Source: Hyalangium minutum (GTDB lineage Bacteria; Myxococcota; Myxococcia; Myxococcales; Myxococcaceae). From it: a stretch of 62,712 nucleotides of DNA. Position numbers and translations under genes: made by a program. Below the pieces are notes generated by a model that was given only the letters and a program-made list of their open reading frames with translations, did not search any database and was not told the origin of the DNA. This document shows, piece after piece, positions 9,590 to 21,568 of this stretch (position 1 is its first letter; every line of letters begins with the position of its first letter). Location of the stretch: contig NZ_JMCB01000033.1 in assembly GCF_000737315.1 (NCBI RefSeq), positions 1-62,712 of the forward strand, given 5' to 3'.

Positions 9590-10327
9590 ATGCTCCTGCT
9601 CGCCCACCGAGGGGCCAGTGCTGACGCCCCCGAAAACACCCTGGAGGCCTTCTCCGAGGCCGTGCGCCAGGGCGCTGACGGCGTGGAGCTGGATGCGCAG
9701 GTGTGCGGCTCGGGCGAGGTGGTGGTCTGTCACGATGAGCGGCTGGACCGGCTCGCCGGCCTGCCCTGGCAGGTGGGCACCACCGCTTGGTGGAAGCTCC
9801 AGCGGGCAGACGTGGGCACGTCCTTGGGCTTCCGCCCCGCACGCATTCCCCTGCTGGAGGAGGTGCTGGACGCGCTGCCCTCGCACTTCCTCGTGAACAT
9901 CGAGCTGAAGTGCGCCCAGGTCCGGGATGGGGGGCTGTCGCGCCGCGTGGCGGAGCTCGTCACCCAGAAGGGGCTGAGCGAGCGGGTGGTGATCTCCAGC
10001 TTCAACTCGATGTGCTTGTTCCGGGTCGCCGCCGTCGCACCCTCTCTGCGGCGCGGGCTGCTCATCCACCCGGACAGGCCCTGGGCGCCCCAGGCTCACC
10101 TGCTGAGCCCGCTGGTGTCCTCGCACTCGGTGCACCCGCACCACAGTGCGTGCACGCCGGAGCGCATGGAGGAGTGGCTCAACGCAGGCCTACGCGTAGC
10201 CGCATGGACCGTGGACGCGCCCGAGCGGGCGCGGGAGCTGGAGGCGCTGGGCGTCTCCTACCTCATCACCAACCGCCCCGGAGCCTTGCGAGAGGCCCTG
10301 CGGAGCGGCCGACAGGACCCTGATTAG
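9590..10327 (+). CDS. glycerophosphodiester phosphodiesterase
   Basis: AHRGASADAPENTLEAF, GVELD, VVCHDERLDR, NIELK, LITNRP. Confidence 0.92.
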   Translation: MLLLAHRGASADAPENTLEAFSEAVRQGADGVELDAQVCGSGEVVVCHDERLDRLAGLPWQVGTTAWWKLQRADVGTSLGFRPARIPLLEEVLDALPSHFLVNIELKCAQVRDGGLSRRVAELVTQKGLSERVVISSFNSMCLFRVAAVAPSLRRGLLIHPDRPWAPQAHLLSPLVSSHSVHPHHSACTPERMEEWLNAGLRVAAWTVDAPERARELEALGVSYLITNRPGALREALRSGRQDPD

Positions 10328-11259
10328 AAGTCGAGGCCCAACGAGGTGTTGAAGGTGACCACCGTGGGCAGGCCACGTGTCTGCTCCGAGCCGTCCGTTA
10401 CGGGCACGTTGCCCAGGCGGGTGAAGGAGATCTCCGCGCCCAGCTGCAGCACGCCGCCGACGAAGCGCGCGCCGCCGTAGATGCGCTGGGTCATGTTCTC
10501 GTGGAAGTGCAGGCGCCCGTAGGAGCCCGTGTTCTGGAGCGCAGCCACCGGATCCAGCGTGGTGCTGGGGGCGCGGTCCGGCTGGAAGTCGAGGGTGGCC
10601 GACTGGGCGCTGACGACGGAGAAGTCCAGGCCTCCATAAGGCGTCAACGTCACCATGCCGCCCAGCGGGAGCCGCTTGCCGATGCCCACATCGAAGCCCA
10701 TGGCGGTGAGGCTCAGATCCTGGGCGCCCATCAGCTTGGTGATGTGGCCGCGCACGCCCAGGTCCGGTAGGTATTTGAGGAAGCCCTCGATGATTCCTCC
10801 TTCGTGAAGGGCGACCTTCACTTCGCCGGTCGCGGCGATCATGCGGCTCCGCTCGATCCAGGCCACGCGCCCGCCCAGCTCCGTGGAGAAGGGCAGGCCT
10901 TTGCGGACGTGCAGGGCGGGCACCAGCATCGTGCCGGGCTGTGCCTCCTCCATCGGGATGGTGACACCGCTGTCCTCGCCCTCAGCCCGCGCCTTCGGCA
11001 GGTTCACCACGGACAGCTCCGCGTTGACGTTGAAGCCCGCGTGGCCCAGCGACTCCGGCGGCATCAGGTTCGCGGACATCAGGCTCGCAGCCATAGATCG
11101 CGCGAAGGCCTGGAAGTCCGAGTTCGCCGTGGCGCTGGCGTTGGCGCCCCCTGCGTTCGGGTTGCCCAGGCTCACAAGCCGCAGGTCATTCTTGTCCGCG
11201 TGCGCGGCGGCCCCCGACAGGAGCGTCACTAGGGCCATCCACCGACTGAACGCGTGCAT
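10324..11259 (-). CDS. exported protein, probable outer-membrane beta-barrel
   Basis: Signal peptide ending AHA-D, alternating amphipathic strands, C-terminal SLGLDF. Confidence 0.6.
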   Translation of the reverse strand: MHAFSRWMALVTLLSGAAAHADKNDLRLVSLGNPNAGGANASATANSDFQAFARSMAASLMSANLMPPESLGHAGFNVNAELSVVNLPKARAEGEDSGVTIPMEEAQPGTMLVPALHVRKGLPFSTELGGRVAWIERSRMIAATGEVKVALHEGGIIEGFLKYLPDLGVRGHITKLMGAQDLSLTAMGFDVGIGKRLPLGGMVTLTPYGGLDFSVVSAQSATLDFQPDRAPSTTLDPVAALQNTGSYGRLHFHENMTQRIYGGARFVGGVLQLGAEISFTRLGNVPVTDGSEQTRGLPTVVTFNTSLGLDF

Positions 11260-11339
11260 CCTCAAACCGCCTCCCAGGGCTCCCGCCGGCAACGGGGGCC
11301 ACTCTCGGCGGACGCTAACGTGCCGCCGCCAAGAGCGTC

Positions 11340-11389
11340 AATAAAACGGGCGGCCCCGCCAGAGGCCGAAGCCTCCGGGGAGCCGCCCG
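11340..11389 (-). terminator. intrinsic terminator downstream of the S41 peptidase
   Basis: Minus strand CGGGCGGCTCCCCGGAGGC-TTCG-GCCTCTGGCGGGGCCGCCCG-TTTTATT: GC stem, C(UUCG)G tetraloop, U-tract. Confidence 0.75.
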
Positions 11390-11415
11390 GGAAATGCACC
11401 GTGTGTGCTCGCGGC

Positions 11416-14400
11416 CTACGGCGTCTTCTGCTGCGGGCCCGTGCTGGAGCCCACCAGCTTCTGCGCCACCTCGGCCGGCCGGCGGCGGATCACCAGCGTC
11501 TTGCGGCTGGCGAAGTCCGCATCCTCGCGCGCCACCACGAGGACATTGTTGTTGCCCTCCTTGAGCGCGAACTCCGTGGAGAACTTCAGCTTGCGCGGCT
11601 CTTCACCCTTGGGATCCACCGCCTTGAAGTAGACCTTCTGGTCGTTCACCAGCACGTACACGTCCAGGATGCCGTCCGGATCCGTCACCGTGCCGGACAG
11701 CGAGTACCGGTCGCCAGTGGCCATCACGCCGCCGTGGCTGGTGTCCACATCCAGGTGGATGCCCGGAGGAGCCATGCGCGTCAGCCACTCCACCTTCTTG
11801 GGCAGCACCGCCTTGGCGGCCTTCTGCTCCTTGGCGTCCGAGCTGCGCACGAAGGCGAAGCGATCCTCACCCACGGTCACCTTGTAGAAGCCCTTGCCCA
11901 CAGCCACCACGGGCAGCACCGAGGCGCTCGACACCCGACCCACCGGCTTGGCGTCCGGCAGCGGCGAGCTGAGCAGCTCCGTCTTCTCGCTCAGCTTCAC
12001 CATGGACTTGGTGGGCTCCAGCGTCAGGGCCGCCGTGTCGCGCACGGGAAGCTCCAGCTTCTCGGTGACGAACTCCTCCAGCGGCTCGTCGATGATGGCC
12101 AGCTTCAGCGGGAAGGTGTCGCCCTTGTAGCCCTTCTTCACCTCCAGCAGGAACCGCGCCGTCTTCGTCTCGCCCGGGGCCAGCTCCTCGAGGCTGAAGC
12201 GGCCCTTCTTGATGAAGACGTTCGGGTCGCCCGCGTTCTTGATGGTGGCGAACGAGTTCATGGCCACGCCGTTGCCCACGTTCGTCACGTCCAGCGCCAC
12301 GGTGATGTCCTCGCCGAACTGGGCCACGCCGTCGCCGTTGCACGTGGCGCAGTCATCCAGCACCTGCCAGTTGAAGGCGAAGGACGGCCGCGGCAGCTCC
12401 AGGAAACCCAGCTCACTCACCAGCGTCTTGGGCAGCAGGCCGTTGTCGTCCATGAACTTCACCGTCACGTCATCCCGGCGCGAAGTCATGTCCTTGGGCA
12501 GCTTCACCTGCACCTTCCACGTCTTCTTCTCGCCCGGGGCGAGGGAGCCGAACACGAACTCGCGGCGGTCCAGGAAGGCGTTGTCGCTCTCCGTCCAGGC
12601 GCGCACGCGCTTGAGCGGCTCGGTGCCCTTGTTCTCGGCCGTCACCACCATGTCCAGCGCCTCACCGGCCTTCACCGGCTGATCCGACGGCGGAGAGAAG
12701 GTGGCCTCCAGCTGCACGTTCTTCGGGGTGGGGCCCGGGCTCCAGTCCACGCCCAGCGCGGCGATGGCGGAGTTGATGCGCTGCTCCTCCTCCGCACGCT
12801 TCTGGTCGATGAAGGCCTTGCCCTGCTTCAGCTGCTCCATGCGGTTGCTGGAGGTGGCCTTGAGCACGTAGTCCCGGGCGAAGGAGACCTCGAAGTCCTC
12901 CTTGATTTCGTCCTGGCTCTCCGCGTCCAGCTGGTCGTCGAGGTCCTCGCTCTGGCCGCCCACCTCCGTGTCCAGCAGCGGGTCCTTGCCACCGGCCTTG
13001 CCCTTGGCGTCCTTGGCATCCTTCTGCGCCGTCTTCGGAGCCTTCTCGGCCTCCTCCTTCTCCTTCTTGGCGGTGGCCTGGGCCTGCACCTTCTCGTCCA
13101 CCTTCAGGTACTTGAGGCTGTCGATGGGCTTCTCGCGATCCAGCACGTCCTCGCGCTTCTTGGCCACCTTGTCCGAGTCCGGGTTGCCGAAGTGCTGGTC
13201 CAGATCCGCCTCGCCAATGGAGCGGCGGGGCGCGAACACGATCACGCTCTCATCCGTGACCTTCGTGGGCACCAGCTGGATGTCCGGGATGATGCCCACC
13301 TCCTGGATGGAGACGTCGCCCGGCGTCAGGTACTTAGCGATGGTCAGCTTCAGCGCGCTGTCGTCCGGGAAGTCATAGAGCACCTGCACGCTGCCCTTGC
13401 CGAACGTCTGCCGGCCGATGATGACCGCCCGGTTGAGGTTCTTCATCGCGCCAGCGACGATCTCCGAGGCCGAGGCGCTGCCCGAGTTCACCAGCACGGC
13501 GATGGGGTAGGCGTCTTCGCCCTCCTGCGGACGGGCGCGCTTCTCCTCGCGCAGCTTGTCGGACAGGCCCACCGTGGCCACCAACACGCCGCTGGAGATG
13601 AAGGTGTCGGACACCTGGATGGCCTGCTCCAGCAGACCGCCCGGGTTGCCGCGCAAATCCAAGACCAGGCCCTTCATGGTGCCGCCCTTGGCCTCGGCGT
13701 TCTTGCGGATGTCCGCCAGCGCGGCCTCCAAGTCACGCGTGGTGTTGCCCTGGAAGTTCTTGAGGCGGACGTAGCCCACGTTGCCGGCCAGCAGCTTGTG
13801 CTGGACGCTCTCGATCGAGATCATCGCGCGGGCCAGCGTCATCACGCGGGGCTTGTCCCAGCCCTTGCGCTCCACGGTGATGGTGATCTTGCTGTCCACC
13901 GGGCCGCGCAGCTTGGACACGGCCTCGTTCAGGTCCATGTTGACCGTGGACTCCTCGCCAATCTTCTTGATCTGGTCGTCCTTCTGGATGCCCGCGCGGT
14001 GCGCCGGCGTCTTCGGCAGCACGCGGACCACCGTGAGGTTGCCCTCGCGCATCTGGATGACGAAGCCCAGGCCGCCGAACTCACCCTTGGTGGACAGCTT
14101 CATCTCCCGGTACAGCTCTGGGCGCAGCAGCACCGAGTGCGGATCCAGCGTGGAGAGCATGCCGTTGATGGCGGCGTACTCGATGTCGCGGGTGTCCTCG
14201 ATGGGACGCATGTTCTTCGAGATGAAGTCGAAGACGTCCTTGAGGGTGAAGGACATCTTCCACGGCGAGTCCACGTGGCTGATGTCGAAGTCCTTCGTCT
14301 TGCCGTTGACGTTGAGGCTGAGCTTGCCCGTCTCGGCGTTGCCCTCGACGAGCACGTCCGGGACGCTCTTCTCCACGTACTCCAGCGCGGCGATCATCAT

Positions 14401-14661
14401 CTCCTTGGGCTTCACGCGCTTGGGGTCGACGTAGTTGTCCTTCACGTAGAGGATGACCTTCGTGAAGACGCGCAGGGAGGACAGGTCGTGCTGGGCCTTC
14501 TCGCCCTTGGGCTGAGAGAGCGAGCCATCCCACCCCTGGCTGGCCTGCGCGGCCCCCATGGTGAGCGGAATGGGGGCCCGGTCACTGCCCACGAGGGCCC
14601 AGGCCCCGAGCAAGACAGCGACAGCGATGATCCGGCGAAGCATTCGCGGCATGTGGTTCAT
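11416..14661 (-). CDS. large S41 (C-terminal processing) serine peptidase with PDZ domain and beta-sandwich C-terminal extension (MXAN_5808-like)
   Basis: TLDPHS, GEFGGLG PDZ domain, GLVLDLRGNPGGLL, GSASASEIVAGA (Ser), TFGKGSVQ (Lys), KLTIAKYLTP. Exact start uncertain (14643-14682). Confidence 0.88.
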   Translation of the reverse strand: MNHMPRMLRRIIAVAVLLGAWALVGSDRAPIPLTMGAAQASQGWDGSLSQPKGEKAQHDLSSLRVFTKVILYVKDNYVDPKRVKPKEMMIAALEYVEKSVPDVLVEGNAETGKLSLNVNGKTKDFDISHVDSPWKMSFTLKDVFDFISKNMRPIEDTRDIEYAAINGMLSTLDPHSVLLRPELYREMKLSTKGEFGGLGFVIQMREGNLTVVRVLPKTPAHRAGIQKDDQIKKIGEESTVNMDLNEAVSKLRGPVDSKITITVERKGWDKPRVMTLARAMISIESVQHKLLAGNVGYVRLKNFQGNTTRDLEAALADIRKNAEAKGGTMKGLVLDLRGNPGGLLEQAIQVSDTFISSGVLVATVGLSDKLREEKRARPQEGEDAYPIAVLVNSGSASASEIVAGAMKNLNRAVIIGRQTFGKGSVQVLYDFPDDSALKLTIAKYLTPGDVSIQEVGIIPDIQLVPTKVTDESVIVFAPRRSIGEADLDQHFGNPDSDKVAKKREDVLDREKPIDSLKYLKVDEKVQAQATAKKEKEEAEKAPKTAQKDAKDAKGKAGGKDPLLDTEVGGQSEDLDDQLDAESQDEIKEDFEVSFARDYVLKATSSNRMEQLKQGKAFIDQKRAEEEQRINSAIAALGVDWSPGPTPKNVQLEATFSPPSDQPVKAGEALDMVVTAENKGTEPLKRVRAWTESDNAFLDRREFVFGSLAPGEKKTWKVQVKLPKDMTSRRDDVTVKFMDDNGLLPKTLVSELGFLELPRPSFAFNWQVLDDCATCNGDGVAQFGEDITVALDVTNVGNGVAMNSFATIKNAGDPNVFIKKGRFSLEELAPGETKTARFLLEVKKGYKGDTFPLKLAIIDEPLEEFVTEKLELPVRDTAALTLEPTKSMVKLSEKTELLSSPLPDAKPVGRVSSASVLPVVAVGKGFYKVTVGEDRFAFVRSSDAKEQKAAKAVLPKKVEWLTRMAPPGIHLDVDTSHGGVMATGDRYSLSGTVTDPDGILDVYVLVNDQKVYFKAVDPKGEEPRKLKFSTEFALKEGNNNVLVVAREDADFASRKTLVIRRRPAEVAQKLVGSSTGPQQKTP

Positions 14662-14902
14662 CCAAGCTGGGGCGTCTGCCACCCCGGGGTGATGCGTGAA
14701 GAAAAGGCCAATGAATTCCAGCTGTTGTCGAGGGCGATAAGCACAGAAGGCAGCCGGGCAAGCCTAATCATGGACTCTGGGTGCTTCAAGGCGTCCGCTC
14801 CTCGGTATCGAACAGGAACGTTCCTGGGAGGCACTGCGTTCCCGGGCGCTCCTGGGCGAAGGGTCCTCTTCCGAGCGGAGACACCCGGGCCGCTCCTTTA
14901 TT

Positions 14903-15715
14903 TCACGGCGCAGTGCGTGGAGCGGCAGGAGGTGGGGGGAGCTGCCCGGACGCCCGGAGCCCTCGATAGAGGAGGGTGCCCGCGACGACGGCGACCGGGA
15001 GGAAAAAGGTGTTGAGGATCGGAATCCACAGGAGCAGGTAGACGCCCGCTCCGAGCCCCAAGGTGAGGGCCCGGCGCTCGCGCAGCATCCGCCGCACCTC
15101 GGAGAAGGGGTAGAGGTGGCGCGTCATGGGGGCGGCCAGGTGTTCGCCCGCCATCCAGATCATGCTCCACAGACTGCCCAGCACCGTCCAGAGGATGCTG
15201 CCCACCCCAGGGATGAAGTTGAGGGGAAAGAGCACCGCCAGCCCCAGGAGCAGGGTGACGAGGCGGGCCAGGGTGTGGGCAATTCCCGTCATCAGCCCTT
15301 TGAGGAAGGCGCCCACGCTGAAGGGTGAGGAGGGCGGGGCGCCGCACAGCTCCTCGGTGGCCTCGGAGAGCGGGTCCTGCAGAGGAGCGAGCAGGAGAGG
15401 GGGCACCGTGTTGGCGCCCACCACCCAGAGCACCAGGGAGATGAGCAGCCGCACGAGCTGCCAGAGCGCCTCGCCGTACCAGCTCTCCGGGCGGGCGAAG
15501 AACCTGTTGATCAGCCCGGGGGTGTAGCGCCAGAGGAAGATGGCCAGGACTACCAGTACGGCCAGTGTCACTGCGGCACACAAGGCGGAGAGCAGGAAGA
15601 GCTTGGGCGAGCGGAAGATGAGGCCGAAGGCGCGAGGCAGCAGCCCGAGTCCCTGAAAGAAGTCAGAGAAGCGTGCCTTGGGGGCGAGGGTCGGCACCGG
15701 GGAGGTTGGATTCAT
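14903..15715 (-). CDS. EI24/CysZ-like membrane protein
   Basis: Multiple TM helices, APLQDPLSEATE, NFIPGVG, WIPILN. Confidence 0.8.
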   Translation of the reverse strand: MNPTSPVPTLAPKARFSDFFQGLGLLPRAFGLIFRSPKLFLLSALCAAVTLAVLVVLAIFLWRYTPGLINRFFARPESWYGEALWQLVRLLISLVLWVVGANTVPPLLLAPLQDPLSEATEELCGAPPSSPFSVGAFLKGLMTGIAHTLARLVTLLLGLAVLFPLNFIPGVGSILWTVLGSLWSMIWMAGEHLAAPMTRHLYPFSEVRRMLRERRALTLGLGAGVYLLLWIPILNTFFLPVAVVAGTLLYRGLRASGQLPPPPAAPRTAP

Positions 15716-15773
15716 CCAGGGAGGGTGCGTAATTGGGAGCAGCGGGTTCATTGAACGTTATATAGGCGCGGCC

Positions 15774-17117
15774 ATGTCCCTGGATCTCAAACGAGCAGTC
15801 TCCCAACCGATTACCTCCATTGACACGCTGGTGGACGTCTTCCGGGCGGCGGAGAAGCCCCGGACCGAGCACCGGCTGGGGCTCGAGCATGAGAAGTTCG
15901 TTTTCCCGCAAGGCGCAGCGCGGCATGTGCCCTACGAGGGGCCTGCCGGCATCGGCGCGTTGCTGGAGAAGATGGGAGCGAAGAGCGGCGGCTACACGCC
16001 GTTCCGGGAGACGCCCGAGTCTCCGGTGATCGCGCTGCAGCGGGGCATCGAGACGGTGTCGCTGGAGCCGGGTGGGCAGCTGGAGCTGTCCGGCAGCCCG
16101 TTCTTCACGGCGCGCGAGGCCCACGCGGAAAACCTGCGGCACTTGGCCGAGGCGAAGGCGGCGGCGGGAGAGCTGGGGCTGCAGCTGGTGGCGATGGGAT
16201 ACCGGCCCTTTGGGACTCCGGCGGACGTCCCCTGGATGCCGAAGACGCGCTACAAGGTGATGCGGCGCACGCTGCCGGAGCGCGGGCGGCTGGCGCTGAA
16301 CATGATGTTGATGACGTCGACGGGGCAGGCCTCGTTCGACTGGGCGGACGAGGAGGACTGTGTCCGCAAGACGGTGCTGGTGGCGCGGCTGGCGCCGCTG
16401 ATGGTGGCGCTGTACGCCAACAGCCCGCTGGTGGAGGGCAAGCCCTCGGAGTGGATGAGCTTCCGCAACCGAGTTTGGGATGAAGTGGATCCCACGCGCT
16501 GTGGCTACCTGCCGGCGTTCTTCGATGGCTCGTTCTCGTACCAGGCCTATGTGGAGTGGGCGCTGGACGCGCCGCTGCTCTTCCTGCGCCGGCGGGGTGA
16601 GTACCTGCACCCGAAGATGAACTTCCGCCAGCTGCTGAAGGAGGGCTTCGAGGGCCAGCCGGCGGACATGGGGGACTGGACGGACCACCTGTCCACGCTG
16701 TTCCCCGAGGTGCGGCTCAAGAAGGTGATCGAGGTGCGCGGGGCGGATTGCGGCTCGGCGGAGATGACGGGGGCGCTGGGGGCGCTGTGGCGCGGGCTGC
16801 TGTACGACAGGACGGCGCTGGAGGAGGGGGAGCGGCTGCTGCCGAAGTTGTCCCTCGCCGAGCACCTGGCCTTCCACGACACGGCCCGGCGGCAGGGGCT
16901 GGCGGGGAAGCTGGGGCAGCACGACCTGCACCGGCTGGCGGGGGAGATGGTGGCCATTGCCCGCCGCGGGCTGGAGCGCCTGGATCCGCAGGACGCGCCG
17001 CTGCTGGAGCCGCTCACGCGGGTGGCCGCGTCGGGGCGTTCCCCGGGGCAGGCCATTCTTGACGCGTGGCACAAAGATCCGCGGATGGAGACGCTGCTGC
17101 CACGCTTCACGCTCTAA
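15774..17117 (+). CDS. gshA: glutamate--cysteine ligase (GCS2 family)
   Basis: GLEHEKF, VSLEPGGQLELSG, WMPKTRY, MMLMTSTGQASFD, ALYANSP, HLSTLFPEVRLKKVIEVRGAD. Confidence 0.9.
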   Translation: MSLDLKRAVSQPITSIDTLVDVFRAAEKPRTEHRLGLEHEKFVFPQGAARHVPYEGPAGIGALLEKMGAKSGGYTPFRETPESPVIALQRGIETVSLEPGGQLELSGSPFFTAREAHAENLRHLAEAKAAAGELGLQLVAMGYRPFGTPADVPWMPKTRYKVMRRTLPERGRLALNMMLMTSTGQASFDWADEEDCVRKTVLVARLAPLMVALYANSPLVEGKPSEWMSFRNRVWDEVDPTRCGYLPAFFDGSFSYQAYVEWALDAPLLFLRRRGEYLHPKMNFRQLLKEGFEGQPADMGDWTDHLSTLFPEVRLKKVIEVRGADCGSAEMTGALGALWRGLLYDRTALEEGERLLPKLSLAEHLAFHDTARRQGLAGKLGQHDLHRLAGEMVAIARRGLERLDPQDAPLLEPLTRVAASGRSPGQAILDAWHKDPRMETLLPRFTL

Positions 17118-17325
17118 CGATGAGAGGATGACGCACTGCACCTCAGAGGAGCGCTACCTGAGGGGGTGAAACACATATTGATACAAAGACTCGCTTTTCG
17201 CGGGTCGCCCGTTTTCCTGTGGTTGTTTTTCTCGGGCTCTGAATCTTCAGTTCTCAATTATTGCGACTACAATCGTTCTTGCGACAGGTTCCGCAGTATT
17301 CCCCCACCTGTGCAGGAGCGACGAC

Positions 17326-18114
17326 GTGCGCACCCTCGGCAAGCTGTCCGTTGTGTCGGTGTTGGGTCTCTGGCTCGTGGGTTGTGGACCCGATGATCTG
17401 GGCAGTCACGACCTCGGAGGCGAACAGGTCTCCAGCCAGATCGAGCGGGACTTCGGTGGCCCGAGCGCATTGATGGACTTCTTCGAGAGCCACTCCGAGG
17501 CCGAGATCCAGCGAGCGTTGGCGCCCTACGGCGTCGGGTTCGTGCAGCACGGTAACGTCACCGCGGAGCTCATCACCGACTGCCCGCAGTTCTTCCCGTC
17601 GAGCGACCGCAACATCTGGCACAGCCTGAACGGCGAGTACTACTACATCGATGGCTCGGGCCGGCCGAACCGCGCGTACTCGTATCTGCCGCCGATCGCC
17701 GCCGAGGCGCGCAACGACACCTGTCAGGGGAACGTGGGGCAGTGGGGTGACGCGGCCAATCCCAGCAATGACTACGACGGGGGACACCTCATCGGCTCGC
17801 AGCTCGGGGGCTGGGGCAAGCGTGCGAACCTGGTGCCTCAGGATGCCAACTTCAACCGCGGCAACTGGGTGGCGCTCGAGAACAAGATGGCCAGGTGCGC
17901 GGCCCTGCCGAACGGCCGGATGCGCTACACCATCGGCGCGAACTACCCGAACCTCACCACGCTCATCCCCAGCATCATGACGATGGAGCTCCGGAACCAG
18001 TCCACGGGCGCCAGCGTGCTCCTGTCCTTCGAGAACGTCGACTACGGCGGCTCGAACGGCACGAACGAGAAGAACCGTGGGGTGACCTTCCTCACGAACC
18101 AGGGCTGCAACTGA
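17326..18114 (+). CDS. lipoprotein DNA/RNA non-specific (His-Me finger) endonuclease
   Basis: Lipobox LVG-C, YYIDGSGRP, YDGGHLIGSQLGG, NLVPQDANFNRGNW. Confidence 0.85.
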   Translation: MRTLGKLSVVSVLGLWLVGCGPDDLGSHDLGGEQVSSQIERDFGGPSALMDFFESHSEAEIQRALAPYGVGFVQHGNVTAELITDCPQFFPSSDRNIWHSLNGEYYYIDGSGRPNRAYSYLPPIAAEARNDTCQGNVGQWGDAANPSNDYDGGHLIGSQLGGWGKRANLVPQDANFNRGNWVALENKMARCAALPNGRMRYTIGANYPNLTTLIPSIMTMELRNQSTGASVLLSFENVDYGGSNGTNEKNRGVTFLTNQGCN

Positions 18115-18234
18115 GCAGGGCCGACTGGAGGGCCACAGGAGCGGGGGCCCCCTTTACGGGCGCGGCGCGCCGCTCTTGAATAGCGCTCTGGGCAGAGCAC
18201 CTCGTGGCCGGGCCCAGCGGCGAGAGGTCTGCCT

Positions 18235-19086
18235 ATGCAGCGGGATGCTGGCGAGAGGTCCGGGGTGTTCGCCTCTGTCCTCGATGCCCATGCATACCAG
18301 GCCGAGCTTCGCGCTCGGCTTCTGCGCGTGGTGCCGCTCGTCCTCGCCCTCCACGTCCTGGCCGTCGGGCTCTTCTCTCGGGACCGGCGGGAGCCGGAGC
18401 GCGCTCCCGTTCGGCCGGAGGCGCATGACATGCCTGTGCTTCGGCTCATGGCGGCTCGGCCTGTGTCCGTGTTGGCCGCGGCGGCCGTCCCCGCGCAGGC
18501 CGTCACACAGCGGAGGATGGCTCGCAAGGTCCGTTCCCTCCTGAATCCCGCGCCGCTGGCCGCACCTGTGCCCAAGGCCGAAGAGCCGCCCCCTGCTCCC
18601 GCGGAGACTCCCGAGGGAGATGACACTCCCTCTGCCCCAAGCGGTGGCTCCGAGGCCGAAGGCGGAGTCGCTCTCACGGGCGTTGCGCTGAGCACAGGGG
18701 AGGGGATGGGGGCGGGTGAGGGTACGGGGGGCGTCCCAGGAGGAATGCTCCCCAGCGGCCCACCGGCGCCGCCACCCCTCACGCCCGAGGAGCGGGAGGC
18801 GTGGGTGGAGCGCTACATGGAGGCGCTCATTCGGGATCGGTTCGAGCGCGTGCGCTATCCCCACCTGGCGGCCGCAGCGGGCATCACGGGAGAGGTGCTG
18901 CTCCGCGTGTCCATCAACTCCCAGGGGCGGCTGCTGAAGCTGGAGCTGCTCGGCCGCTGCCCACATCCGGTGCTGTGCGACTCCGCAGAGGAGACGGTGC
19001 GCAGCGCCGAGCCGTTTCCTCCACCGCCTCCGGAGTTGGGCAGTCCCTGTTTCCTGGAGTTGCCGTTCCGTTACCGGCTCCACTGA
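18235..19086 (+). CDS. TonB-family energy transducer
   Basis: TM anchor with conserved His (LALHVLAVG), Pro/Gly-rich linker, TonB-C domain (RYPHLAAAAGITGEVLLRVSINSQG ... AEPFPPPP). Confidence 0.8.
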   Translation: MQRDAGERSGVFASVLDAHAYQAELRARLLRVVPLVLALHVLAVGLFSRDRREPERAPVRPEAHDMPVLRLMAARPVSVLAAAAVPAQAVTQRRMARKVRSLLNPAPLAAPVPKAEEPPPAPAETPEGDDTPSAPSGGSEAEGGVALTGVALSTGEGMGAGEGTGGVPGGMLPSGPPAPPPLTPEEREAWVERYMEALIRDRFERVRYPHLAAAAGITGEVLLRVSINSQGRLLKLELLGRCPHPVLCDSAEETVRSAEPFPPPPPELGSPCFLELPFRYRLH

Positions 19087-19105
19087 GGCCTCGTGGCCGT
19101 GCCGC

Positions 19106-19186
19106 TGACATGTCAATGCGGGGCGCTGACATGTCAGTCCGTGCCGCTGACATGTCAGCGGGAAATATTCGTTATCTGACATGTCA
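19106..19186. repeat. array of four TGACATGTCA palindromes
   Basis: Copies at 19106-19115, 19127-19136, 19148-19157 and 19177-19186 (periods 21, 21, 29). The third sits in a perfect 18-bp palindrome, CCGCTGACATGTCAGCGG (19144-19161). Confidence 0.95.
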
Positions 19187-19222
19187 AGTGGGCTTGAGGT
19201 CCCGCTCTGGAGGTGAGGCTGA

Positions 19223-21508
<2,286 letters not shown>

Positions 21509-21568
21509 TTCCTCAGCAATGACTGTCAGCAGCACCCTTTCTTCAGCCCGTAGTGGAGAGATGCGTCA

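Noticed and set aside
11254-15015. 1253-aa plus-strand ORF, and similar long antisense ORFs (4692-7172, 27299-29161, 29755-31869, 51670-53010)
   Set aside because: Shadow ORFs opposite well-supported genes; expected from GC3-biased codon usage; no recognisable motifs.
15746-15756. LexA/SOS box at GTTCA sites (also 24456)
   Set aside because: The flanking bases do not fit the myxobacterial LexA consensus as I recall it.
17141-17163. CCTCAG...CTGAGG hairpin after gshA as a terminator
   Set aside because: Only a 6-bp stem with an 11-nt loop and no U-tract.
17326-18114. SitA-like outer-membrane-exchange toxin
   Set aside because: No small downstream immunity ORF and no long delivery region; the next gene is TonB-like.
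19106-19186. Mini-CRISPR array
   Set aside because: Repeats of 10-13 bp and spacers of 11-19 bp are too short, and there are no cas genes.
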